A stretch of DNA of 64,000 nt, from contig JAGCWT010000113.1 of the NCBI GenBank assembly GCA_017961705.1, positions 8,681-72,680 of the forward strand, given 5' to 3'. This stretch comes from Treponema sp. Lineage in GTDB: Bacteria; Spirochaetota; Spirochaetia; Treponematales; Treponemataceae. The notes beneath the pieces were generated by a model. It saw nothing but the letters and a program-made list of their open reading frames with translations. It ran no database searches and was not told the origin of the DNA. Numbering within the stretch: the first letter of the stretch is position 1; each line of letters opens with the position of its first letter. Of the stretch, positions 18,649 to 27,614 are shown piece after piece. The position numbers were made by a program, and so were the translations under genes.

Positions 18649-19089
18649 TTAATCCCATATTAGTTTTGTTTTGTTGTTTATAAAGTCGTTAACTATATCT
18701 TCCGTTGTTTCTTCAAGAGAAATATCCTGATTCTCAAGTGCCATGTTCAAATTCACATTTTTTAGGATTTCCTTCGCTTTCATTTGAGCCTGATCTTTTA
18801 CAAAATCCTGGAAAGAAGTTTTGGGCTTAAAGTAATACACAAATTCGCAGTTCAAAGCCGCTGCCACTTTTTTCATTGTCGAAAGTTTGAGGTTTTCTTC
18901 ATTTGATTCCATTTTTGCAATTCTTGGTTGGGTAACTCCCAACCTTTTTGCAAGCTGAATTGCAGTCATACCGATAGCTTCCCTAACAGTTTTTATCCAA
19001 CTTTGCCCTCGAGGAATCACATTCTGGCAGGACTTTAAGTCAGCTGTTTTTTTGTCCAAAGCCCTTATTTGTATTATCCGTGTATCCAT
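18649..19089 (-). CDS. XRE-HTH mobile mystery protein A
   Basis: PRGQSWIKTVREAIGMTAIQLAKRLGVTQPRIAKME...AAALNCEFVY...NMALENQ...LIWD. Confidence 0.88.
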   Translation of the reverse strand: MDTRIIQIRALDKKTADLKSCQNVIPRGQSWIKTVREAIGMTAIQLAKRLGVTQPRIAKMESNEENLKLSTMKKVAAALNCEFVYYFKPKTSFQDFVKDQAQMKAKEILKNVNLNMALENQDISLEETTEDIVNDFINNKTKLIWD

Positions 19090-19222
19090 GCTTTATAACC
19101 TAAATATTATATTTTAACTATATTATAATATATAAAGGTTATAAATACAAGAAAAAATATAATTTATAAGTTATTTTTTTATAACCTTGCATTATTGCGC
19201 AAAAGGAACTATGATTTTAACT

Positions 19223-20134
19223 ATGGACGTACACATTTTAGAAATGCCGCTTGATTACGGTGGAAGAAGACACGGCTCTGATATGGGGCCGTCTGCCGTT
19301 CGCCTTGCTGGAATACGGGAAAAAATAGAAAGCTTGGGGCACAAGGTCATAAGCGACCAGAATCCAATAAAAGTTACCGCGCAGGAATTTGCAGACATTG
19401 GCACGAACCCCAAGGCAAAATACCTTGAACCTATTGTTGATGCGTGTACGCTTCTTGCTAAGGAAGTTGAAGATGCCGCTTGCGACGGAGAGTTTCCCCT
19501 TGTTTTTGGCGGCGACCATTCAATAGTTTTGGGAACGCTTGCGGGGCTAAGTTCATTCTATAAGAAAAAGAACCTTAGGCTTGGAGTTTTGTATGTGGAT
19601 GCCCACGGAGACTTTAACACTACAGAAACAAGCCCTACCGGAAACATTCACGGCGAATGTCTTGCGGCCAGTGCGGGCTACGGACTTCCGGAACTTGTGA
19701 ACCTTTACCACGAGGGGCGCAAGGTTGACCCTGCAAACATCTGCTTTGTGGGCTTGCGTGACTTGGACAAGGGCGAAAAACTGCTCATGAAAGAAGCCGG
19801 AGTTACGGCCTTTACAATTAGCGACATAGACCGTATTGGCTTTGACCAGGTTCTAACAAAAGTAAAGCTCTTCTTTAAGACCCGCTGCGACGTAGTCCAC
19901 ATTAGCTTTGACATGGACTCCCTTGACCCTTCAATTGCTCCCGGTACCGGTGTGCCAGTCCCCGGCGGCCTAAATTACCGCGAAGGCCTCCTTTTAATGG
20001 AAGAAATGTGCCAGCTGAACATGGTAAAATCCATGGAAATTGTAGAAGTAAACCCCATCCTTGACGTTCGGAACCAGACAGCAATCATGGCGGTAAACCT
20101 GGCAGCTCGGCTTTTGGGGGAGACTTTGTATTAG
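19223..20134 (+). CDS. rocF: Arginase
   Basis: GGDHS, DAHGDFN, SPTGNIHG, SFDMDSLDP, PGTG, VEVNP. ATG 19223 lies 7 nt after TATGAT, so it is probably leaderless. Confidence 0.95.
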   Translation: MDVHILEMPLDYGGRRHGSDMGPSAVRLAGIREKIESLGHKVISDQNPIKVTAQEFADIGTNPKAKYLEPIVDACTLLAKEVEDAACDGEFPLVFGGDHSIVLGTLAGLSSFYKKKNLRLGVLYVDAHGDFNTTETSPTGNIHGECLAASAGYGLPELVNLYHEGRKVDPANICFVGLRDLDKGEKLLMKEAGVTAFTISDIDRIGFDQVLTKVKLFFKTRCDVVHISFDMDSLDPSIAPGTGVPVPGGLNYREGLLLMEEMCQLNMVKSMEIVEVNPILDVRNQTAIMAVNLAARLLGETLY

Positions 20135-20174
20135 AAAGATGGCAGACTGTAGCAGAAAAAAGCACGGCAGGCAC

Positions 20175-20235
20175 TGGAGGGGCCCGCCACAGGCGGGTTG
20201 CCGTTAGGCAATGGAGGCGAATGCCGGAACCCCGC
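20175..20235 (+). repeat. Variant of the structured repeat core
   Basis: TGGAGGGGCCCGCCACAGGCGGGTTGCCGTTAGGCAATGGAGGCGAATGCCGGAACCCCG shares stems with 14068-14221 and the reverse complement of 63040-63095. Confidence 0.75.
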
Positions 20236-20349
20236 AAGCGCCACACACAAGGCCTTTAAGGCAGCAGAAAAAGCTTTCGGATTGGAAAGCAAGTGCCGCA
20301 AATAATGTATTCACAAAGAGTGGCTTATTGTATATAATGTTTTAACTCT

Positions 20350-21864
20350 ATGAAATACACTGTTTTAGATTATCTTGAAGCAACCTCAGAAAAATATGCG
20401 GATAAAACGGCTTTTGCGGATGTGCAAGAGAGCGTTAATTGGAAAGATTTTGTAAAAGATGCAAAGGCACTGTCTTCTTTTTTGGAAAAACATTTTGACC
20501 CAAGGACGGCAGTTCCTCTTGTAACGGAAAAATCCGTTCTAACACTAAAGCTGTTTTTTGCGGCACTGTACGCGGGATGCTTTTATTCATTTGTGGATGC
20601 GACTTTCCCGGATGAGCGCCTTCTTTCCATGATTTCAACTCTAAAAGCAAAGACTCTCGTTGTGGACCGTAAATTCCAGAAAAAGATAGAAGGTCTTGGA
20701 TGCGACTGTAAGATTATTTATACGGATGATTTATTAAAGGAAGTAAAAGAGGCGAATGTTCCTTATAATCCTGCCCGACGCAATCAGATTGTAGACGTTG
20801 ACCCTGTTTATGCAAACTTTACCTCCGGTACAACCGGTATGCCAAAAGCGGTTCTTGTAAACCACCGCAACGTTGTTGATTTTATTTCCTGCTTTGCAGA
20901 GGTTTTTGACATTCAAAGCTCAGAAAACCTTGCAAACCAGGCTCCTTTTGATTTTGATGTTTCGGTTAAGGATATTTTTACCGCAGTCTTTACTGGTGCC
21001 GCAGTTCATCTTGTTCCAAAGGCATTTTTCTCTTTTCCAACAAAGCTCCTTGACTATCTTGAAGAGCGCGAGATTACCACAATCATTTGGGCTGTTTCCG
21101 CAATGTGCATAATTTCTACTCTGGGTGGCTTTAAGTACAAAAAACCGCTTACCCTAAAAAAGATTATGTTCTCCGGAGAAGTCATGCCGGTTAAGCAGCT
21201 TCGCATTTGGAAAGAAAATGTGCCCGATGCAAAATACATAAATCTTTACGGTCCAACCGAAATCACATGCAACTGTACCTATGCGGAAGTTCCACAGTCA
21301 ATTGGAGAAGATTATGTTTTGCCGATTGGCATTCCTTTTCCAAATGAGCGCGTCTTCCTGCTGGACGAAAACGATGCGGTCATTACCCAAGCAGAAAAAA
21401 CTGGAGAACTTTGCGTAAGCGGTTCTTGTGTTGCACCAGGCTATTACAACAACAGCGAGCGTACGGCACAGGCCTTTGTCCAGAATCCGCTGAATGCCTC
21501 TTACTTTGAGCGCATTTATCGTACCGGTGACTTGGCAAGCTACGGCAAGGACGGTTTGCTTTATTATGTTTCCCGCAAAGACACCCAGATTAAGCACATG
21601 GGCCACAGAATAGAGCTTTCCGAAATTGAGGGAGCTGTAGAAAAGATTTGTTCAATAACAAGAGCCTGTTGTATTTTTGCACAGAACAAGATAAGCGCTT
21701 TTTATACAGGACAGGAAACGGATAAAAAAGAAATCGTTACGGCTTTAAAAACTTCGCTTCCGGTTTATATGATTCCAAGTAATTTTATTTTTATAGAAGA
21801 ATTCCCACTTACAAAAAACGGCAAGGTGGACAAGAGGGCATTGGAGGCAAAACTAAATGGTTAA
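20350..21864 (+). CDS. Stand-alone amino-acid adenylation enzyme (DltA-like)
   Basis: FTSGTTGMPKAV, FDFDVSVKD, NLYGPTE, GELCVSG, YRTGDL, QIKHMGHRIELSEIE, PLTKNGKVDK. Confidence 0.92.
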   Translation: MKYTVLDYLEATSEKYADKTAFADVQESVNWKDFVKDAKALSSFLEKHFDPRTAVPLVTEKSVLTLKLFFAALYAGCFYSFVDATFPDERLLSMISTLKAKTLVVDRKFQKKIEGLGCDCKIIYTDDLLKEVKEANVPYNPARRNQIVDVDPVYANFTSGTTGMPKAVLVNHRNVVDFISCFAEVFDIQSSENLANQAPFDFDVSVKDIFTAVFTGAAVHLVPKAFFSFPTKLLDYLEEREITTIIWAVSAMCIISTLGGFKYKKPLTLKKIMFSGEVMPVKQLRIWKENVPDAKYINLYGPTEITCNCTYAEVPQSIGEDYVLPIGIPFPNERVFLLDENDAVITQAEKTGELCVSGSCVAPGYYNNSERTAQAFVQNPLNASYFERIYRTGDLASYGKDGLLYYVSRKDTQIKHMGHRIELSEIEGAVEKICSITRACCIFAQNKISAFYTGQETDKKEIVTALKTSLPVYMIPSNFIFIEEFPLTKNGKVDKRALEAKLNG

Positions 21865-23059
21865 CGATGAATTCATAAAATCATGTGCGCAGAAATACGG
21901 CACACCGTTTTATCTTTTTGACTACGATGCCTTGCTTTCCCGCGTTCAGAAAATAAAGGAAATGCTGCCTTCAAATTCACGGCTCTGCTATGCAATGAAG
22001 GCAAACCCATTTTTGCTTGATGCACTAAAAGAAGACACAGATCTTTTGTTTGAGGTTTGCTCTCCGGGTGAACTTTCTGTTTGCGAAGCCGTAAAAGTAA
22101 ATCCAGAACAGATTGTATTCTCCGGTGTTGTAAAAACCAAGCAGGACATTGAAAGGGCCTACAATCTTGGTGTTGGAACAATCACGCTGGAATCTTTTTT
22201 GCATGCAACTTTTCTTGAGCAAGTTGTAAAAGCTTCTGCCAATCCTCATCCTCAGGGAATAATCGTGCGCCTTACAAACGGCTGTCAGTTTGGTATGAAC
22301 GAGGAATGCGTAAGAAAATCAATTGCCTTGCTTAAGGACTTGCCCGGAATAAAAATTCAGGGAATACATTTTTTTACCGGTACGCAAAAGAAGATGAAGA
22401 AGGTTGCAGAGGAAGTTGCTTTTATCCAAGACTTCTGCACGGAACTGCAAAAAGAATTCAACATCAACTTTGAGCGCATTGAATATGGCCCGGGTCTTGC
22501 CTTTGACTATTTTTCTCCAGAAGATTATGCGCAGAACTTTAGCGACCTTGAAGAATTTTCTGCAATGATAAAGGACAGCCCATTTTTCTGGGTTGTTGAA
22601 AGCGGACGCTATGTTGCCTCTTCCTGTGGAACTTACGTAAGCTCTGTAATGGACTTAAAACAGAATGCAGAAGTTCCCGCCCTTTTTATTGATGGCGGAA
22701 TAAACCACGTAAACTATTACGGCCAGATTATGGGAATGAAAAAGCCTCCCATTCATCTTGTAAAAACAAATTCATCACAAAGCATCCAGGGCATTTCAAC
22801 AAGCAACGGCTACACAATTTACGGCTCTCTCTGCACAACCGCTGACATCATCACCAAAGAATATCCCTTTGAATCCCAACCCGGTGTAGGAGACCTGCTT
22901 TCGTTTGCAAACATAGGCGCATATTCCGTTACAGAAGGAATCTATCTTTTCCTAAGCCACCCCCTGCCCAAAATCTTAAGCTGCCAAAACGGCACAGAAA
23001 AACTCCTGCGTGATTCTGTAGAAAGCTGGCCGCTAAATACGAATGGTGATGCAGAATGA
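21857..23059 (+). CDS. PLP-dependent group IV (LysA/BtrK/VinO-like) decarboxylase
   Basis: YGTPFYLFD, YAMKAN (PLP lysine), HFFTGTQ, ESGRY, GSLCTTAD, GAY; overlaps the A-domain stop. Confidence 0.88.
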   Translation: MVNDEFIKSCAQKYGTPFYLFDYDALLSRVQKIKEMLPSNSRLCYAMKANPFLLDALKEDTDLLFEVCSPGELSVCEAVKVNPEQIVFSGVVKTKQDIERAYNLGVGTITLESFLHATFLEQVVKASANPHPQGIIVRLTNGCQFGMNEECVRKSIALLKDLPGIKIQGIHFFTGTQKKMKKVAEEVAFIQDFCTELQKEFNINFERIEYGPGLAFDYFSPEDYAQNFSDLEEFSAMIKDSPFFWVVESGRYVASSCGTYVSSVMDLKQNAEVPALFIDGGINHVNYYGQIMGMKKPPIHLVKTNSSQSIQGISTSNGYTIYGSLCTTADIITKEYPFESQPGVGDLLSFANIGAYSVTEGIYLFLSHPLPKILSCQNGTEKLLRDSVESWPLNTNGDAE

Positions 23060-24405
23060 AAGGAAAAAAAAGAATTTTTTTGTTTATGATTAAACTTTTA
23101 GTTTTTTGTATTGTTTTTTATATTCTAAATTTAATTTTGGCATTTGCGCTCAAGATTGACTCAAATTCGTATACACGCTTGATTTTTCATGAGTTGCATC
23201 AGCAAAAAAATATAGATGTCTTGATTTGCGGGGCAAGTCACGTGAGCCATGGTTTTTACTGTGCTCAAGCGGATGAAATTTTGGGCAGAAATACTTTTTG
23301 TGCCGGAACACCCAACCAGCCAATAGATGCTACTTATGCAGTAATTCAAGAAGCAGCCTCGCAATGTCCAGTTCGTCATGTTTTTCTTGAAATGGATTTT
23401 GCTGCTGCCAAGGGCGATGTTTTTAAAGAGCGCGATGGTTTAAGGGCAAATTATCTTGTGTCAGATTATCTAAAAAATAAGAAAGTAAAATTCAATTACC
23501 TTAAGGATGCGTCTGGGGCAAACCTATATTTGAATTCCTTGCTGCCACTGGGGAAAGAAAAATCCATAGACCTAAATCCGATTGCCGTAATAAAGAATTT
23601 AAAGTCCAAACTGACAGGGCAGTACTACAAGTATGATTTTTCCTCTGCAGATGATTATGTAGGGAAGGGCTGTGTCATGAAGACGGACTTTATAGAAAAT
23701 GGCTCCTATTGCTCAGATGGAGAAAAGCCAATTGCTGTAAAAAGCATTGGTGCTGATTATAAAAATACGGTAAGAAAAATAGTCAAATTTTGTGAACAAA
23801 ACAAAATATCTCTTACTTTTTTTTCGATGCCATGCAGTGATTTTTATCTTGCAGAGAAAGGAAACTATGATGAGTATTATGATTTTGTAAAAGACTTTAC
23901 ATCTTCCATGGGTTATGAATATTATGATTTCAATCTTTGCAAAGATGAACATCTTCATCTGGAGGATGTAGATTTTAGTGATGACAACCATTTTTCAAAA
24001 ACAGGAATTATTAAATTTACAAATGCCTTCTGCGAATTTTTCTACGGCAATTATGCATACGATGATTTAGCGTTGAAAAAATCAGATTGGTTTTATGATT
24101 CATATTCGCAAAAAACAAATGCTCAGCCAGAAAGACTCTATGGTCTTGAACTAAAAAAATCTCGGGCCTCAGACGGTTCTGCACAGATAAAAATTATTCC
24201 GCTAATAAATCATGGTGACAGTTCGACTGTGGCCTATGAAGTGTCTGCTGAGCTTAAAGACAGCAAAACTATTGTGATTCAACAAAAAAGTGCAAACGAT
24301 ACAATTTCTTTGCCGACAAATGCTGAAGGTAAAATAAAAATAAGTGCATGGTTTAATGGCAAGTGCCTTAATCATGTGGAAGAATATTTCAATACATCAT
24401 TGTAA
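23056..24405 (+). CDS. Membrane-anchored SGNH-type (DltD/AlgJ-like) acyltransferase
   Basis: N-terminal TM; ICGASH block I and DDNH catalytic motif. Confidence 0.7.
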   Translation: MKGKKRIFLFMIKLLVFCIVFYILNLILAFALKIDSNSYTRLIFHELHQQKNIDVLICGASHVSHGFYCAQADEILGRNTFCAGTPNQPIDATYAVIQEAASQCPVRHVFLEMDFAAAKGDVFKERDGLRANYLVSDYLKNKKVKFNYLKDASGANLYLNSLLPLGKEKSIDLNPIAVIKNLKSKLTGQYYKYDFSSADDYVGKGCVMKTDFIENGSYCSDGEKPIAVKSIGADYKNTVRKIVKFCEQNKISLTFFSMPCSDFYLAEKGNYDEYYDFVKDFTSSMGYEYYDFNLCKDEHLHLEDVDFSDDNHFSKTGIIKFTNAFCEFFYGNYAYDDLALKKSDWFYDSYSQKTNAQPERLYGLELKKSRASDGSAQIKIIPLINHGDSSTVAYEVSAELKDSKTIVIQQKSANDTISLPTNAEGKIKISAWFNGKCLNHVEEYFNTSL

Positions 24406-24416
24406 AGGATACAAAA

Positions 24417-26042
24417 ATGAACTTGTTAAATTTTAAATCCTATTCTTTTGTATTCTTTTTAGTGGCATCATTGCTTTGTTATTATATAGCTCCTAAAAAG
24501 GTACAAAAATACATTTTGCTTGTAACGAATGCGATCTTTTACTTTTTCTCTGGACCGCTGAATTTTATATTCATTTTATTAACTGCAGCTTCTACTTTTT
24601 TAGGTGCCAAAAAGGTTTTTGGCCTGAATTTTTCGGTTAAAGAAAAAAAAGCCGGAGGCATGCAAAAGGAAGAGCTAAAAGATTACAAGCTTTTTGTCCA
24701 GAAAAAAAAGCGGCATGTGCTTGTCCTTATGATTCTGATAAATTTTGGAATCTTGTTTTTCCTAAAATATTGGAATGCAATAGCTACTTTTTTGGATGCA
24801 TATATTAATGCAGATTTATCCTTTTTAAAATTTGGAACTGCTAAAACACTTTTACTGCCTCTGGGTATTTCTTTTTATACATTCCAGACCATTGCTTATT
24901 TTATGGATGTGTATAATGCAAAGTACGAAGCAGAACATAGTTTTTTACAGTATGTCTTGTTTGTGTCTTTTTTCCCTCAGCTTGTTATGGGGCCGATAAA
25001 CCGTTATGATGCACTTGGCAAGCAGCTAAAAGAAGAACATAAATTCAATTTTGGGAATATTAAGCATGGAACACTTTTAATACTTTTTGGTGCGGTAAAA
25101 AAATATTGTATTGCAGATCTTCTTGCAGGGCGTATTTCCTCTGTTCTTGATCACGATTACCCGAATCTTCCTGGACTTTTTATTGTAATTGGCATATTAA
25201 GCTATGCAATTTATCAGTATGCTGATTTTTCCGGGGGAATAGACATGGTGCTGGGATTTGCAAAAATGTATGGGCTTGAAATGTCTCCTAATTTTCGCCA
25301 ACCATATTTTGCGGTTTCTCTTGCAGACTTTTGGAGACGGTGGCATATTACACTTGGTACGTGGATGAGGGATTATGTGTTCTATCCCTTTGTTCTTACA
25401 AAATCAATGCAGAATTTTTCCAAGCGCTTTATGAGCAAAAAGACAGAATGGGGAAAACATCTTGCCCGAACCGTGCCTGCAGGAATAGCAAATATCTTGG
25501 TTTTCCTTTTTGTAGGAATATGGCATGGGCCTGAATTCCACTTTGTTCTTTGGGGCTTGTACAATGGCCTTGTAATTGCATTAGGTGACTTCTGCAAGCC
25601 TGCCCTTGAAAACATTGACCAAAAACTTCACATTCCCATAAATTCTTTTGGATGGAAGGTGTTCAGAATTATTCGTACATTCATCATTGTAAATGTTGGC
25701 GGATATTTTGACAGGATTGTTGACGTACCAAAAAGTTTTTTGTATTTAAAGCGAACTTTTGCGAATTTTGGAAGCCTTGCCTTACTTAAGGATGCAGATT
25801 ACATGAAATCAATTTTTGGAAGCCTTCGCTATGTGGAAAGCGAGATTACACTCATTTTTGTTTCGCTTATAATAGTGTTCGTGGTAAGTATCCTGAAGGA
25901 ACGAAAAATAGATGTTTGTGAAACAATTCAAAAGAAAAACATTGTCCTCCGCTGGAGCGCATATTATATTTTGATGTTGCTTCTTTTACTTTCATTATCT
26001 TTCGCTCCAGGAAATCCGGTGTTTATGTATGCACAGTATTAG
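24417..26042 (+). CDS. MBOAT family O-acyltransferase (DltB/AlgI-like)
   Basis: LPLGISFYTFQ, FFPQLVMGPI, YADFSG, NFRQPY, FWRRWHITL, GIWHG; C-terminal FMYAQY. Confidence 0.95.
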   Translation: MNLLNFKSYSFVFFLVASLLCYYIAPKKVQKYILLVTNAIFYFFSGPLNFIFILLTAASTFLGAKKVFGLNFSVKEKKAGGMQKEELKDYKLFVQKKKRHVLVLMILINFGILFFLKYWNAIATFLDAYINADLSFLKFGTAKTLLLPLGISFYTFQTIAYFMDVYNAKYEAEHSFLQYVLFVSFFPQLVMGPINRYDALGKQLKEEHKFNFGNIKHGTLLILFGAVKKYCIADLLAGRISSVLDHDYPNLPGLFIVIGILSYAIYQYADFSGGIDMVLGFAKMYGLEMSPNFRQPYFAVSLADFWRRWHITLGTWMRDYVFYPFVLTKSMQNFSKRFMSKKTEWGKHLARTVPAGIANILVFLFVGIWHGPEFHFVLWGLYNGLVIALGDFCKPALENIDQKLHIPINSFGWKVFRIIRTFIIVNVGGYFDRIVDVPKSFLYLKRTFANFGSLALLKDADYMKSIFGSLRYVESEITLIFVSLIIVFVVSILKERKIDVCETIQKKNIVLRWSAYYILMLLLLLSLSFAPGNPVFMYAQY

Positions 26043-26051
26043 AGGAAAAAT

Positions 26052-27614
26052 ATGTCTATAACATCAGCAATTTTTATTTTATTCGTGTTGGTAACAGGTA
26101 TTGTCTACTATACTGTTCCAAGCAAAAAACGATGGGTTGTCATTTTATGTGCGGGTATTTTGTTTTATGCATATTCAAGCATAAAAACTTTATGCTATTT
26201 TGCTATAACAATTTGCATAACTTGGTTTTTAGCAATTCTTATGCAAAAAAGACAGGAAAAATATGACGTTCTTCTTTTGGTTGCAAAAGATAAAACTGAG
26301 AAAAAACAGCTTAAAGCAAAATGTAAGAAGCAGAAAAAACTTATTTTGATTTCTGCTCTTTTATTTGCATTTGGTATCCTGGCTGTTTTTAAATATTTTA
26401 ATTTTGCTGTGTTACAAATTTCTGCATTGTTTGGTGTACCAAAGGAAAGCTATAGGCCTGTTCGTTTTTTGATTCCTCTTGGAATTTCTTTTTATACGTT
26501 TACAATTACAAGTTATCTTTTTGATGTTTATTATAATAAAATTAAAGCTGAGAAAAACTTTGCTCATTATGCGCTTTTTGCAAGTTATTTTCCCTCATTG
26601 ATTCAAGGTCCCATAAACAGATTCGGTAAAATGAAAGCAGAGTTTTTTGAGAAAGAGCATCCTTTTGTTTTGGAGAACGCTCAGTTTGCATTGCAGAGAA
26701 TTCTTTGGGGATTCTTTAAAAAGATGGTAATTGCAGATAGAGCAGCTCAGATTACGGATTATGTTTTTGGAAATTATGCACAACTTCCATGGTATATTGT
26801 TTATTTTGGACTTTTTATGTATGCAATACAGCAATATGCTGATTTTGCAGGTGGAATTGACGTAGTGATGGGAGTTTCGGAACTGTTTGGGATAAGGATG
26901 CAGGAAAATTTCAATCAGCCGTATTTCTCAAAGTCCTTAGGTGAATTTTGGAGACGATGGCATATAAGCCTGGGACTTTGGATGAAAGATTATATTTTTT
27001 ACCCTCTTTCACTTTCAAAGACTATGCTAAATCTTGGCAAGAAATTGAATGAAAAGTCAAAATATTTTGCAAGAGTCATCCCTTCTTGCATAGGTAATTT
27101 AATAGTTTTCTTTATAGTCGGTATATGGCATGGGGCAGAATGGCATTTTGTGGTTTATGGACTTTTCCATGGTGGTATTATTGCATTTTCTGTATTAATG
27201 GGCGGTGTGTATAAAAAAGGAATTTCATTTTGCAAAATTAATGAACAGGCGCATTGGTGGTGCTGTTGGCAAATAGGAAGAACATTCTTCCTTGTTATGT
27301 TTAGCGGAGTATTTGATTATGTTGTAGATATGAATCAGTCTTTTGGAATGATAAGACAAATGTTTGATTTTAAGAACACGTGGCTAATTAGTAATTGGAA
27401 TTTGACTTTGCAATCTTATTCGCAATACATTATTCCGTTTGGGCTAGTTTTTTTGTTATTAGTTAGTTTTATAAAGGAAAAGGGGATTGATATAAGAAGA
27501 AGAATTTCTGCTTTGCCATTATTAGCAAGGTGGACAATATATATTTCCTTGATATTTTCAATTCCCCTACTTCAATCTACAGAAACGGCAGGTTTTTTAT
27601 ATGCACAATTCTAA
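26052..27614 (+). CDS. Second MBOAT family O-acyltransferase
   Basis: IPLGISFYTF, YFPSLIQGPI, NFNQPY, FWRRWHISL, GIWHG; C-terminal FLYAQF. Confidence 0.95.
   Translation: MSITSAIFILFVLVTGIVYYTVPSKKRWVVILCAGILFYAYSSIKTLCYFAITICITWFLAILMQKRQEKYDVLLLVAKDKTEKKQLKAKCKKQKKLILISALLFAFGILAVFKYFNFAVLQISALFGVPKESYRPVRFLIPLGISFYTFTITSYLFDVYYNKIKAEKNFAHYALFASYFPSLIQGPINRFGKMKAEFFEKEHPFVLENAQFALQRILWGFFKKMVIADRAAQITDYVFGNYAQLPWYIVYFGLFMYAIQQYADFAGGIDVVMGVSELFGIRMQENFNQPYFSKSLGEFWRRWHISLGLWMKDYIFYPLSLSKTMLNLGKKLNEKSKYFARVIPSCIGNLIVFFIVGIWHGAEWHFVVYGLFHGGIIAFSVLMGGVYKKGISFCKINEQAHWWCCWQIGRTFFLVMFSGVFDYVVDMNQSFGMIRQMFDFKNTWLISNWNLTLQSYSQYIIPFGLVFLLLVSFIKEKGIDIRRRISALPLLARWTIYISLIFSIPLLQSTETAGFLYAQF

Larger units (their letters stand above)
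18146..19218. mobile_element. Mobile mystery protein A/B cassette bounded by perfect 36-bp direct repeats
   Basis: AACCTTGCATTATTGCGCAAAAGGAACTATGATTTT at 18146-18181 and 19183-19218. Confidence 0.8.

Noticed and set aside
21857-23059. Calling this gene housekeeping lysA
   Set aside because: Motifs are diverged (HFFTGTQ, GPG, ESGRY) and it is coupled to an adenylation enzyme and MBOATs; a carrier-bound substrate is more plausible, so no symbol was given.
19223-23059. Arginase plus decarboxylase as a putrescine pathway
   Set aside because: Arginase has its own promoter and is separated by a repeat and a second promoter; the decarboxylase is coupled to the A-domain. A link cannot be excluded but is unsupported.
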